Positions 16,936 through 29,243 of a DNA stretch of 64,000 nucleotides are shown here, piece after piece. Numbering within the stretch: the stretch's first letter is position 1; the number at the start of each line of letters is the position of its first letter. Origin of the DNA: the human T2T-CHM13v2.0 reference genome, Homo sapiens; NCBI RefSeq assembly GCF_009914755.1, contig NC_060932.1; one strand, written 5' to 3'. Under the pieces are notes generated by a model that was not told the origin of the DNA, did not search any database, and worked only from the letters and a program-made list of their open reading frames with translations. A program made the translations under genes and the position numbers.

Positions 16936-19503
16936 AAGTGCTGCAGGTCCAAGGGTTAGGTAGATAATACAACCTCTGCCATCAAGAAATCTGTCATTCA
17001 GTGGGTGAAGAGAAAGTGAAGTACCTAAAACACTAAACAAACACTAAACAGAGTAAGATCAGACAGTACCAGAGATGTCAAAGGAGATGAATTCATATTT
17101 GTTTGGAGATTAGAAAGTGTTTTGTGAAAAAAAAAGCAGTGTTTGAGATAGGCCTTGAAGAATGAACAGTAGGAATGTAATGGGAATAGACAGAAACAGG
17201 AAAAGCAGTATTTTGGATAGGGAGGAAAGAATACAAATAATCACACCAAAGTGAAAAAGCACAAGTATGTGAAGTATGTGTCAGCAATAATAAGTAGTCT
17301 AGGGTAATGGGCTTTGGGTATACGTACTGATGAAATGAGCCACAAGAATACAGTAGTAGGCCAAACTGGTCAGACCCGAGGTCTTGGTGAAGCCCCCTTG
17401 CCACTGGACCTTCTACTATCATCCACCCAGATTCCCTGTCACTATACACTACAAACGCAGAATAGCTGTGATACTCCATCAGGATGGCCTACTAAAGGTG
17501 AGCAGATGTCAACCAGCTGAGAGGGGAAAAAAAAAGAGGCATTCCCAAACAGAAGACCCAGAAGGAGGAAACCACAACGTGAGAGCCTGAGCCAGTGTAT
17601 GTCATGGGGAAGAGATGCAAGTGCAAAGGAGGTTGTCGGTTGGAGCAAGGGAGAATGGCAGGACTGGAGACAAATCACAGGGGTACTAGTCTTCTATGGT
17701 GAGGGTTCTTCTTTTGGACTTTGTCATAGACTCCGCTAGTAGTCACGAAGTCGGGGCAAATGATCAACCTGGCTCCCTCAAGGAGGATCTTAAGGAGTAC
17801 CTTTAGCAGATTCTTGTATAGGAATGGCCAAGTATTACTCCCCTGGGCACAATGGCAGATACTATGCCCCAGCAATCAAAGTGGCAGGAGCAGGTAGCAT
17901 ACTGATTCACCTCCCCCACCCTCTGACAAGTACAAGAGAGGGCTGAGCAGCCAGGAAACATGTGGGCACTCTTCACTAAAGCTGGGGTGGGAGTAGGACA
18001 GAAGGTAAGGACTGGCAGCTAGTGGGCTCAGCCCAAGGGCTCTTATCTACAAATGTGCCCGCAGTGTCACAATATGACTCTGCATTAAGTCATTAGTGAC
18101 AATGTCATAAGGAACTATAAACTAAGATATTTAAGAATTTCTCTATCTTGGTGTTTGAACCTGCAAGTGGGTACTTCTGAGTGTACTTTCCATATTCCTC
18201 TCTCTGTGTCCAGCTCTCTGTCATTGTGAGTCTCTCTCACTGTCTTTCACCTCTGTCATTTCCCCCTCTTCATTTCCTCCTGCTCCTTCTAAGTCTATTT
18301 AAATTATAAAAATAAATGAAAGCTTATTTATAAAACAAAATTTATTTCTTATTGATGAATGAGAAATTTTATAGTTTTCCAGCATTTGTTTTAACTTCAT
18401 TTTTTCTTGTTGTTTCATTAGTTATGCACCTCTCCCCCTCTAGATTTAGAATTTTTAAAAATCCAAATTATCTCCCATTCCAAATATAGAGTATCTCTAG
18501 AATCTGGAGAGGATGGTAGATGACTTCAAGCCAGCTCTGCTGAAGATGGTTAGAGGTCTCTCATTTAATGTTACCCTCTCCAAATTCCAATATTGCTTAC
18601 TGTACTGGGCTTACTACTCTCCTATCTAGCTCTGACTTGCCCTTTTCAGCCTCAAATCCAACCAAGTGCTCCCATACATCTTATTCTACAGTCTGACCCG
18701 GCACACACCACATGCCACTGAGCACTCAGGCTCCTCTGTTTCCTGTGTGGAGTGCCTCTCCTCACGCCCAGCCCCGACTTTTTTACCTATTAAAATCTTA
18801 CTTTTACAGCAAGACCCAGTTCAAGTTTATTGTCCTCCTCGAAGCCTGTGCCAGCTTCTTTAATAATCAACAGGCTTCTTTAATAATCACATTCCTTTCC
18901 ATTGTTCCCTACAGTTCCACAGCTAGTTGTCTGAAAGCTGATTTTCCCCCAAATGAGTGAAAGCTCCAAGAAAAAGAATCATGTACTTACTGATTGCTGG
19001 ATTTCCCCTGGCAAATAACCATACGTTTTATATATAGTATATACTCAATACAAAATTTATTGAATGAATATTTACTCTTGAATGAAAGCAATACATACAG
19101 TATTGATGTATGATTAGTGTCATACATTAATGACAGAATTAATTTCTTTTCATACAAGTACAAGGTGATCAAGAAAACAAGGGATGTCTACTTTCTATCA
19201 GAGTGTGATAGCCGGCTTGGGTCTTGAAGTGAGAGCTCACATCATAAATCCTAAAGCATTATAACACATTCAATTATTTAAATCCTCTTTATCTGAAAGC
19301 TGTTAAACAAAAAACTTCCATGTACTTAAGAAATAAAATAAGGGGATCCTAGGAGGAAATGAGAATAGAAATTCCATCCCTGCTCACTAATTTTAAGGAT
19401 TTCATTAGCCATATAAGCCATTAAGCCACATGAAAATGTGCGAAAATGAATTATATGTAGTTCAGTGGAAAAATAGTTAATCTTCATTAAAAACTGCAGT
19501 ATT

Positions 19504-19858
<355 letters not shown>

Positions 19859-19891
19859 TCAGCGAATGCATCAACAATAAAAAAGTGAAAC

Positions 19892-20037
19892 AGCTGGACA
19901 TGGTGACTCATGCCTATAATCACAGCACTTTGGGAGGCCAAGTGGGAGGATCTCTTGAGCTTAGGAGTTCGAGACCAGCCTGGGCCACCTAGTGAGATCC
20001 CATCTCTGAAAATAAAAAAATAAAATAAAATAAATAT
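19892..20037 (+). mobile_element. Alu left monomer (FLAM-like) nested in Tigger1
   Basis: Single arm plus A-rich tail, TSD aaagtgaaaYag. Confidence 0.88.
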
Positions 20038-20154
20038 AAGAAAGTGAAATAGCCTTTTTGCTGATATGCACAAAGTTTCAGTTGTCTGGACAGAAGATCA
20101 AGCCAGCCACAAGATTCCCTTAAATGAGAGCCTAATTGAGAGCAAGGCCCTCTC

Positions 20155-20234
20155 AATTCTATGAGAAGATGCAGAAGAAAATTCTATGAGAAGATGCAGA
20201 AGATATTTTCAATTCTATGAGAAGATGCAGAAGA
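20155..20234 (+). repeat. Three exact copies of 24-mer aattctatgagaagatgcagaaga
   Basis: Copies start at 20155, 20180 and 20211. Confidence 0.92.
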
Positions 20235-21994
20235 AAAGTTTAAAGCTAGCAAAGGTGAGTTCATAAAGTTTAAGGAAAAAAATCCTCCATAATATAAAAA
20301 TATAAGGTGAAGCAGCATGTGCTGATGGAGAAGCTGTAGCAAGTTATCCAGAAGGTCTGGCTAAGATCATTAATGAAGGTGGTTACACTAAGCAATAGAT
20401 TTTCAATGTAGACAAAAAAACCTTCTGTTGGAAGAAGCAGCCATCTAGGACTTTCATAGCTAGAGGAGAGAAGTCAACGCCTCATTTCGAAGCTTGAAAG
20501 GACAAACTGACTCTTCTGTTAAGGGGCTGATGCAGCTGGTGACTTGAAGTAAATGTTCACTTCCCATTCTGAAAATTCTAGGGCTCTTCATAAGAATAAT
20601 GCTAAATCTACTCTGCCTGTGCCCTGAAATAACAAAGACTGAATGTCAGCACATTTGTTTATAGTATGGTTTACTGACTATTTTAAGCCCATTGTTGAGA
20701 TGTACTGCTTAGAAAAAGATTCCTTTCAAAATATTACTGCTCATTGGCAATGGACCCAGTCACCCAAGAGCTGTGATGAAGATGTACAAGGCCAAAAATG
20801 TTTGTTTTCATGCCTGCTAACTAACACAGCATCTATGCTATAGCCATGTTTCAAGGTGTACTTAAGAAATACACTTTGTAAGGGTGTATCTGCCACAGGC
20901 AGTGATTCTTCTGATAGATCTGGGCAAAGTACAAAGAAAAATATTCTGGAAAGGAATCACCATTCTAGATGCCATGAAGAACATTCATGATTCCATGGGA
21001 GGAGGTCAAAATATCAACATTAACAGGAATTTGGAAGAAGCTGATTCTAACCCTCATGGATGACTTGGAGGGATTCCTGACTTCAGTGGAGGAAGTAACT
21101 CTAGATGCAGTGGAAATAACAAGAGAACTGGAATTAGAAGTGAAGTCCAAGATGTGACTGAATTGCTGCAATCTCATGATCAAACTTGAACAAACGAGGA
21201 GTTGCTTTTTGCGGATAAACAAAGAAAATGGTTTCTTGAGATGGAATCAACTCCTGGTAAAGATGCTGTGAACACTGTTGAAATGACAACAAAGGATTTA
21301 GAATATTCCATAAACTTAGTTGATAAGGCAGGAACAGGGTTTGAGAGGACTGATTCCAATTTTGAAAGTTCTACTGTGGGTATAATGCCATCAAACAGCA
21401 TTGCATGGTACAGAGAAATCTTTCATGAAAGTAAGAGTCCATCAGTATGACAAACTTCACTGTTATCTTACTTTAAGAAATCGTTATAGCCACCCCAGCC
21501 TTTAGCAACTCCCACCCTGATCAGTCAGCAGCCATCAACATTGAGGCAAGACCCTCCCACCAGCAAAGAGATTAGAACTTGTTGACGAGGCTCATATGCT
21601 TGTTATAGCACTTTCTAGCATTAAGGTATTTTTAAGTTAAAATGTATTAATTTTTTAAAGAAGTAATACCATTGTACGCTTAATAGACTACAGTACAGTG
21701 AAGTATAACTTTTATACACCCTGGAAAAACAAAAAATTCATGTCACTTGCTTTATTTTATATTCGCTTTATGGTGCGGATCTGGAACTGAACCTGCAGTA
21801 TCTCTGAGGTATGCCTGTGCTTACTATTTTTCTGTGGAATAGAAGCAATATTAGCCTCCCAGTTAGGGAAAATGGTTATTTGCTATCTGTTTCCATGACT
21901 CCTGTTTCTAAGTTATAGAAGAGAGAAGTTCTAAACATTTATGACTATCATACCAAATATAAAGAAATATCCTACTTCAGTATCAGAAAGCTGT

Positions 21995-22222
21995 GATGAC
22001 AGTGCAGATTCCAGACCCAGACTGCCCTATTCTTTCGCTTAATGGCTGTGTGACTTTGCCAGGCTACTTAACCACTCTGTGTCTCAGGTTCCCCTCCTGC
22101 CAAGAGGGAAAACAATACGCCTATTCCATGGTTTGTTTTGAGTACGAAATAGGTTATCAAATCTGAGCACTTTAAAAACTGCCTGACACACAGTAAGAAC
22201 TATTTAGTCTTAGCTAGTATTA
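21995..22222 (+). mobile_element. MIR SINE
   Basis: ggctgtgtgactttgccaggctacttaaccactctgtgtctcagg...tgcctgacacacagtaag. Confidence 0.75.
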
Positions 22223-23100
22223 AAAATTCTCCAAGATTATTTAGCCAACAGAAGATCTAACTTAATTACTAAGTAACTAACTTAGCTAATAACTAAGGAT
22301 TATGAATGTCGGCCAAAAAAAACCCCACCAACATGTACGGAATTCTCTATTTGATGGCAGTCACACTATTAGCATCAAACTCTTGTGTGTACTTGCTCTG
22401 TTTCTACAAAGTCCATTCCACAGTTAATGCTCTTGGAGGGCTAGCGTTTATGAAACACGGGTCTCATAAAGCGCTACGTACAACAGAATGCTTATTAATT
22501 TAACTAGCTGGTAATTTCCCCTCCAAATTTCCATCCTTTAGGCCATTTAAAAATCCTTTTCTTCTCTCCCTTTATTTATAAAGCATATAAAAGTTGAGAA
22601 GTAACTGACAGAGCACAGACTTGAGGGAAAGAGCCCTCCATGCCTGGCTGACACGTCATAGCTTCTGACACTGGAGCAGGGTTCCATAAAGATGAGCCCA
22701 GCTTTCCTCATTGTGTATTCTTTAGTATGGCCCCTCATGCAACCCAGTTTAACTTCTCTAGGATAAATAGGCAGGTTTATTACATAATGGGCATGTTCTC
22801 CTGAGCTCCCAAATGCATTTTATTCACGCTGACAACTATGACTGAAATACAAATTAAGTCTGGATAATGGTGTAAAGATGGTAGTTGGATTTTATTTATG
22901 CTGATTGGTCAGGGGATCAGTTGGGGTTGGGGGAAGACAGAGTTAGAGAGAAAGGCTTTGGCCTGACTTATGTGTTGTTCTTACTGGCTGTCAGATGCTG
23001 AGAAAAATCAAACTGGCCCAAACAGAGCTGCTGATGGAGTGGTACGCATGGGTTGCACAGATTTTCTGGCACCAGAAAATTCTTTTACTTTCTACAAATA

Positions 23101-23445
<345 letters not shown>

Positions 23446-23988
23446 CTACTATGACAGGTGTTTACTGAATTTACATGGCTCATGATATCTTCAACAGCTA
23501 TGTAACCTAGGTATTGTTAGCACTAAACTCTATATGAGGCAACTGAGTCTCAGAGATAAGATAATTTGCCCAGGTTCAAAAAGCTCCTAAATGGACCAGG
23601 ATTCATACCTAGCTCCTGTCTGATTCAATTCTGCTCTTTTTAAAAAACAAATTATTAAACAAAGACTATTCGGAAAATATCAGAGTAGTTGAGAACTTAA
23701 AAATACATTTATGCTTTTCGTTTTTTCATTTGGTATTTAAGTTTTGCTTCCCTTTACAAAACACGTTGCTTTTCAAATTAGCAGGAACATTATTAGAAGA
23801 ATAAGACGTGACAGGGTATATATTGCTGCTTCTTGGGTGGTTGTGGTATGCAGCCCTATGATTAAAACTATGGTTAAGGTATGGCGCAGTCCCAGCATGA
23901 CACATCTGAACATGTTTTATGGTTTGAAGGGGGAATTACCAAGGTTTTGCAAACTTTAAAAACTTGTGCAAGACCTTCTTTGTGGCGC

Positions 23989-24010
23989 ATATATATATAT
24001 ATATATATAT
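23989..24010. repeat. (AT)n microsatellite
   Basis: atatatatatatatatatatat. Confidence 0.9.
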
Positions 24011-24709
24011 TTGTTTTGAAATGTAGAAGTACTACCTAAACATGCAGTGTTCTCAAAACTGAATCATTCATAATCCTTAGAAACCTAAAACAAGAAGCTT
24101 AATGATTTCTTTACTGTAATGACATCAGCAACTAGAAACACAGCAACTTCAAGGCACTGGTTAATAACTTTAACCAATTATTTCTCCTAAGAGTTCTAGG
24201 AATATTATTTTATCCCTTTGCTGACACTAAAATATGAAGATACAAAATTGAGGTTTAAACTGAGTTTTTGATAACTAGTGAACCCCAAAGGGAAAAGAAA
24301 GACGAGTGATGAAGGGGACTGAAATGGGCACTGGGAGAAGAAACCCACTGGATGTTAAAGGTCATGGAGAAATCAGGAAATAAAGACTGATTTGCAGAGT
24401 GGGCTGGTGTTAGAAACTGTGTTGTGAATGCTATATGTATATTTTTATGTTCTTAGAAGACAGAACTATACTTGTAAAACTATTTTATACAGAATTTAGC
24501 TCAACAGTATAGGTATGAAATGGAAAACGCTAAGATGATATGCTAATAGGTAGCTAGGATTTGTGACAGATAAGAGCAGACAGTTTCAGGCTCATGTATT
24601 ATAAAGACAAAGATATTATTTTTATGAAATATGCCTTTTTTGAATATTATATAAAAGGCAGATTTTAAAAATTTGAACTCTAAGAGGATGCATTCAAAAA
24701 CAGATTACA

Positions 24710-25022
24710 GGTCAGGCACGGTGGCTCACGCCTGTAATCCCAGCCCTTTGGGAGGCCGAGGCAGGAGGGTTGCTTGAGGTCAGGAGTTCCAGACCAGCCT
24801 GGCAAACACGGTGAAACCCTGTTTTTACTAAAAATACTAAAAAATTAGCAGGGCATGGTGGCAGGCACCTGTAATCCCAGCTACTCGGGAGGCTGAGGCA
24901 GGAGAATCGCTTGAACCGAGGAGGCAGAGGTTGCAGTGAGTTGAGGATCACACCACTGCACCCCAGCCTGGGCGATAGAGTGAGACTGTCTCAAAAAAAA
25001 CACCAAAAAAAAAAAAAAAAAA
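24710..25022 (+). mobile_element. Alu (AluS-like)
   Basis: Full dimer, TSD cagattaca. Confidence 0.95.
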
Positions 25023-25812
25023 CCACACCAGATTACAAAAGATAATAATCTCCCCAGGCCTAAAGAAAAGCAGTACACAGATACTTCAAGAGCATATATT
25101 GGCCCTGGGCACCAAAACGTTGTTCATACATGCCGAATAAAGATTTATTTTTGGCACCACAAAGTCAAATGTGTTCTTAAAAACATTATTTTCTTGATAT
25201 TTTTCTGTAGGCATAAATATCAAAGAAAAGAATCATAAAATTATCTCAGAAAAAAAGAAAACCATAGGAAGAGAGCTGTCATGTTCTATGTTTCAAGTTC
25301 ACAGATGGATTTCTTACTGGAGGTTAGAGACTTTCAAATCTCTTGTCATTCAGGATATGAAATTCTAATCTAGTGTCATGGCCAGTTGAGGCTCAGATTA
25401 ATCAAATATGCTGACTAGCTGAAATAGGAGGTGCTTCACTTCCTTACTTCTGGTTTACATCTCAATCTGGCTGCTACTTGCAACTTTTGATGGTCACTTG
25501 CTGTGTATGCCTTGAAAATGCCACAGTGTGGGGAGGAGAATTGTGGGCACCTAACTGAGTTTACTAGATGAAAAGTTCCATCACCCTGACTCACCTCAGT
25601 CTTCTCTGTCTTTAGGGTATGGCTGAATTTTATACAAAGCCTATTTATAAACCACTGCAAGTGATACTTGCATTCATCTTACACTGTGACATCATTTCCT
25701 CATCAATAATTTAAGCATAAGAAATGGATTAAAGGGACTCTGAAGGGACTTCTCACACAGGGAAAAACAGAAACCAATTCAACTCTTCAAAATACTAATT
25801 CAGTCCTCTTAC

Positions 25813-25985
25813 CTTGTTCTTTGATCTGACGAATTTGCTTCACAGTTTCTTTTAAGATTGCACATTTGTCAGGTTTGAAGTTAAAGTTGTCTATATCATT
25901 AAAATTTGCAAAAATCAACTCTGCAAGTTCTTCTATATATTTATTTTCCTGTTCACGATTACGTTTTTCAGTGTTCCTTTTGGGG
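25813..25985 (-). CDS. NCOA2: NCOA2 second coding exon, bHLH region ([58 protein letters not shown])
   Basis: Embedded in ORF 25787..26083(-); p160 coactivator bHLH motif ([18 protein letters not shown]...[12 protein letters not shown]). Acceptor tttcttcttttaag|C, donor CAAG|GTAAGA. 173 nt, joins the previous exon in frame (AG+C = Ser). Confidence 0.97.
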
Positions 25986-27599
25986 CTTAAAAGAAGAAAC
26001 ACATTTTTATGATGTATTTGAAAAAGAGCTATTGTGAAAAAAATGAACGTGTTAAACAAGTTTAATACAAAGATAGCAAACAAAAGCTACCTATATAAAC
26101 ACAGAAATACTTTTGGGGGAAAAACACAATTTTCCAAAAGTGTTCCATGTTTTTTTAAAAAAATCAACCTAAGCCTAGTTTGTAATGAAACTATCTGTTC
26201 AATGTGTTTGGCATCTCCCACTGGACTGTCCACTTCACAGTGACCTGGACTGTGCTCACCACTGTGCTTAGTGCAGTACTTGAAACAAGTGGGCACCAAA
26301 TTAGTTGACAAATAAAAGAATGTTTCAAAAAGGTAAAGGAGGTTATATTTTAAAATTTATTTAAGATTAGTAAAAGAAGAGAAGTTAACCCAGTTAATAA
26401 CAGGAATAAATTTCAATAATTTTTGGTAAAACATAAAAAATAAAACCAGATATTTATAATTTTATAGACTTCTTCAGAATGTTAGTAAGCAAACCAAACA
26501 GCCTTTTTAGGTAATGCAAAAAGTCACAATACAGCTAGAAACAAAAGCGAAACTGACCCAGGAAATTTGTTAACTGTCCAAGCTGAATGACATGCAAAAT
26601 ATAAACAAACAGTCCAATTTCAACTAAAGTTTAAAAAGTTAATGGAATGGAAAAATATCAAAAGAGGCAAAATCTTCCATTAGAATGTGACAAAATAGTA
26701 AACTGAAAAGTTCCTTTTCATAATAACAGCATACAATTATTTTCTCAAGTGCAAAGGGGGGCCCATTAAATGACATTCAAAACAATACAATAAGGAAGAA
26801 AAGCAAGTTGCTTAATGTAGCAGCTTTCTGTATTTTTATATATAATTATTTGTATATAATACTAATTTTAAAATTTCTGGATTCACAATAGACTTTCATA
26901 TATGCATCTCTAAATATGTTTGATTTTCATAAATACATACTATAATACAATGTCTCTATTTTATAGTGTTTATACAATTTGTCCAGGATCACCCCACGAA
27001 TTACTGGCACAGTAATTCAGAATTTGGTTTTTTTTCTAAGTCTCATTTTTACCCGTAGCTTCTGTTTTTACAGCAAAAGGTAAAGAGTGGCTGGAATGCT
27101 TAGAATAGCCCAGTTCCCATTCTGACCCCCTCCACCACCCTCCACCCATGCCCTCTCACCCTCTCACAAGGTAAGAAATAAATGACAAATAGGTGAGAAA
27201 GGGGAGTTGTGTTCAAAAGACCCCTGAGTGCCCCAGAGGGAGGGCTCAGAGACCTGCCACTACAGCCCACAGCTGAAACAGTTCCCACTTTCTCCCACTG
27301 CCTCCCCAGGTAGGGCTCCTGACTATTAAAGGCAGTCTGACAGACAGAAGTTTGTGGTTTACCAGGAAGTAGTAGGGAACCTAGAGGAGCTGGGGGCTGG
27401 GATGTAGAGAGTGGAGATTTATTGGGCTTGATGTTTTGCTTGGCAACTAGAAGGGGAAAAGGGAATATAAAATACTGGTGTTTTGCCCTTTCTCCTGCTC
27501 TGCCTCTCTTGATGACTTTTCCTAGCCCTCTTCCCTACTATTTCATGTCTGATGCTTTTACTGTCCATTAGGTAGAAGGTGTTGTTTTTATTTAATTCT

Positions 27600-28125
27600 T
27601 AAAATTATTTATATGATTTAAAACACTGAAAAAGTGAAAAGTCTCTCTTCTACTTTTGGTAACTATTTGCCCAGTTCTCATCCACCGAAACAGGTAGCAA
27701 CAATTATTGTTTCTTGATTATCCTAAAACAATACACATTCTTTTTTCTTCCTTGTTTATACAAATGGCAATATTCCAAAAACATTTTCTAAACCTTGCTT
27801 TTTGTCTGTAACAATATTCTTAAGAGATTTTTTTTTCATATTAACCCATAAAGAGCATCCTCATCTTTATCCTAGCTGAACTGTGTTCCAGGTTCTAGAT
27901 GTACCACAGCTGTTTAACAGACATTTAGGTTTTTCCGAATCTTTTGCAATTTGAGTAACCTCATATACACGTCATTTTGCATGTGTTAAAGTATATAATA
28001 GGAAAATTCCTAAAAGTGGAATGGCTAGTTCAAACAGGATATGCATTTATAATTTTGATACTGCCAAATTACCCTACATGGGCATTATAACAACTCATAC
28101 TTCCACCCATAATATATGAGATGAA
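27600..28125 (-). mobile_element. Very old L1 (L1ME-like) fragment
   Basis: aacagacatttaggttttt...gaaaattcctaaaagtggaatggctagttcaaa...ctgccaaattaccctaca. Confidence 0.6.
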
Positions 28126-28569
28126 ATTTGCTTTAAAATTCTTTGTTTTATTCACTAAAGAGCCACAATCTTTGTTCTCAACTCAGAAGTACATGGGTTT
28201 AACATTTTATGTCTTTAAAAATAAAACAACAAAAATAAAACCCATTATAAAATTAACGGCAAATCCTTTTTACTATAGGATCTTCTTGTTATAATATTGT
28301 GTAATCAAACTCAATATTATTAAATAAATTGATTCTAAGAGTCAAAAGATATCAGAAGTTTACAGCTTTCCTCTTTTTGTAAAGAATACAATCTGTAACT
28401 GATTTGCATATTCAAAATGTAAGCAAGTACATATTCAGAGATTTAACTGTTAAGGAGAAAAACCAACTCAATATTTGAATCAGCAGTAAAATCAATGCTA
28501 AAATAACAAAGAAGCACTCATGTGGCTTTAACAGACAATACTGATTCCTTTTCTCAGCAAGAATCTAAC

Positions 28570-28655
28570 CTGGGTCCAAGTTGGTCAGGACATTCCTTGC
28601 GCTTTCTTGTCTCTGCCCTGGAGGGGTCAGAGGTATTTTCTCCCATCCCACTCAT
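28570..28655 (-). CDS. NCOA2: NCOA2 first coding exon, coding part ([28 protein letters not shown] + first 2 nt of Ser29); whole exon 28570-28674
   Basis: Minus-strand translation matches the NCOA2 N-terminus as I recall it. ATG at 28655-28653. Long polypyrimidine tract and ttttag acceptor (AG at 28676-28675). Donor CAG|GTTAGA (GT at 28569-28568). 86 coding nt, phase-compatible with the next exon. Confidence 0.96.
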
Positions 28656-28666
28656 CTTGAACACAT
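28652..28666 (-). promoter_or_regulatory. Overlapping uORF ATG TGT TCA AGA TGA (MCSR*)
   Basis: Read directly; its stop TGA occupies +2..+4 of the main ORF. Confidence 0.75.
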
Positions 28667-28674
28667 ATCAGCAA
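28656..28674 (-). other. NCOA2: 5'UTR part of the NCOA2 first coding exon (19 nt, TTGCTGATATGTGTTCAAG)
   Basis: Lies between the splice acceptor and the main ATG; contains an upstream ATG at 28666-28664. Confidence 0.9.
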
Positions 28675-29230
28675 CTAAAACAGAAAACAGAGAAGAGGAA
28701 GAAAAAAATGAAGAGAGCTGATGATGAAGTGTCTGATCATTTTACCAACAATAAAAGAATTTTGACTCCAATCAGAAATTTGAGACCAGTAATTAACACA
28801 TTGTTTTATGTGCATGTATAATTTCTAATATAAAAGCCGTCTCTTTAAAAAAATCTTTTAAGATTAAGCAAATGTAAAGGTTAACATTTAAGAAACAAAC
28901 AAGCCTACCTCATTGGGCCCAAATTCTTTAAACACGAGTTGTATTTCAACAGCACCATGAACTACAATCTACCAGCTCTGGGTTTGGGCTGCCAGCCTCC
29001 AGTTTCAAGAGTGATCTTGCACCATGTGGAAACTACAGGTGTTGTAAGGGGCTCCTCCCAGTCTCTGTTTTGGGTTAGCCAATGTGAAGTCTATGCTGCA
29101 ACAGCTCACCCACAACAGACAGCCCGGGGAAGAGCCAGTGCCAGGACACGAAATTGAAGGTTTTCAAATTTAACTAGGTACATCTGACACCCCTGTAGCC
29201 CCGAGTTCCTGCACAAGGCCTCTTAATCAA

Positions 29231-29243
29231 TGCCCCCTAGTGG
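29231..29243 (-). promoter_or_regulatory. CTCF core motif CCACTAGGGGGCA
   Basis: Close match to the CTCF core consensus CCASYAGRKGGCR, in a locally GC-rich patch. Confidence 0.55.

Noticed and set aside
20155-20234. Three identical 24-mers superficially like a CRISPR array
   Set aside because: Spacers are 1 and 7 nt, inside a eukaryotic transposon fossil, with no cas genes.
20643-21450. Transposase-like ORFs as a possible domesticated TIGD-type gene
   Set aside because: Short fragments of a Tigger1 copy with stops, frameshifts, an Alu insertion and a missing 5' end.
25986-26083. N-terminal part of ORF 25787..26083 ([10 protein letters not shown]...)
   Set aside because: Intronic read-through upstream of the splice acceptor; the real frame comes from the exon at 28570-28655.
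28715-28740. ATGATGA...CTGA box C/D-like motifs
   Set aside because: The boxes are only a few nucleotides apart and antisense to the host transcript, so not a snoRNA.
28522-28821. 99-aa plus-strand ORF antisense to the first coding exon
   Set aside because: Shadow of the exon and its polypyrimidine tract; non-ATG start and no recognisable homology.
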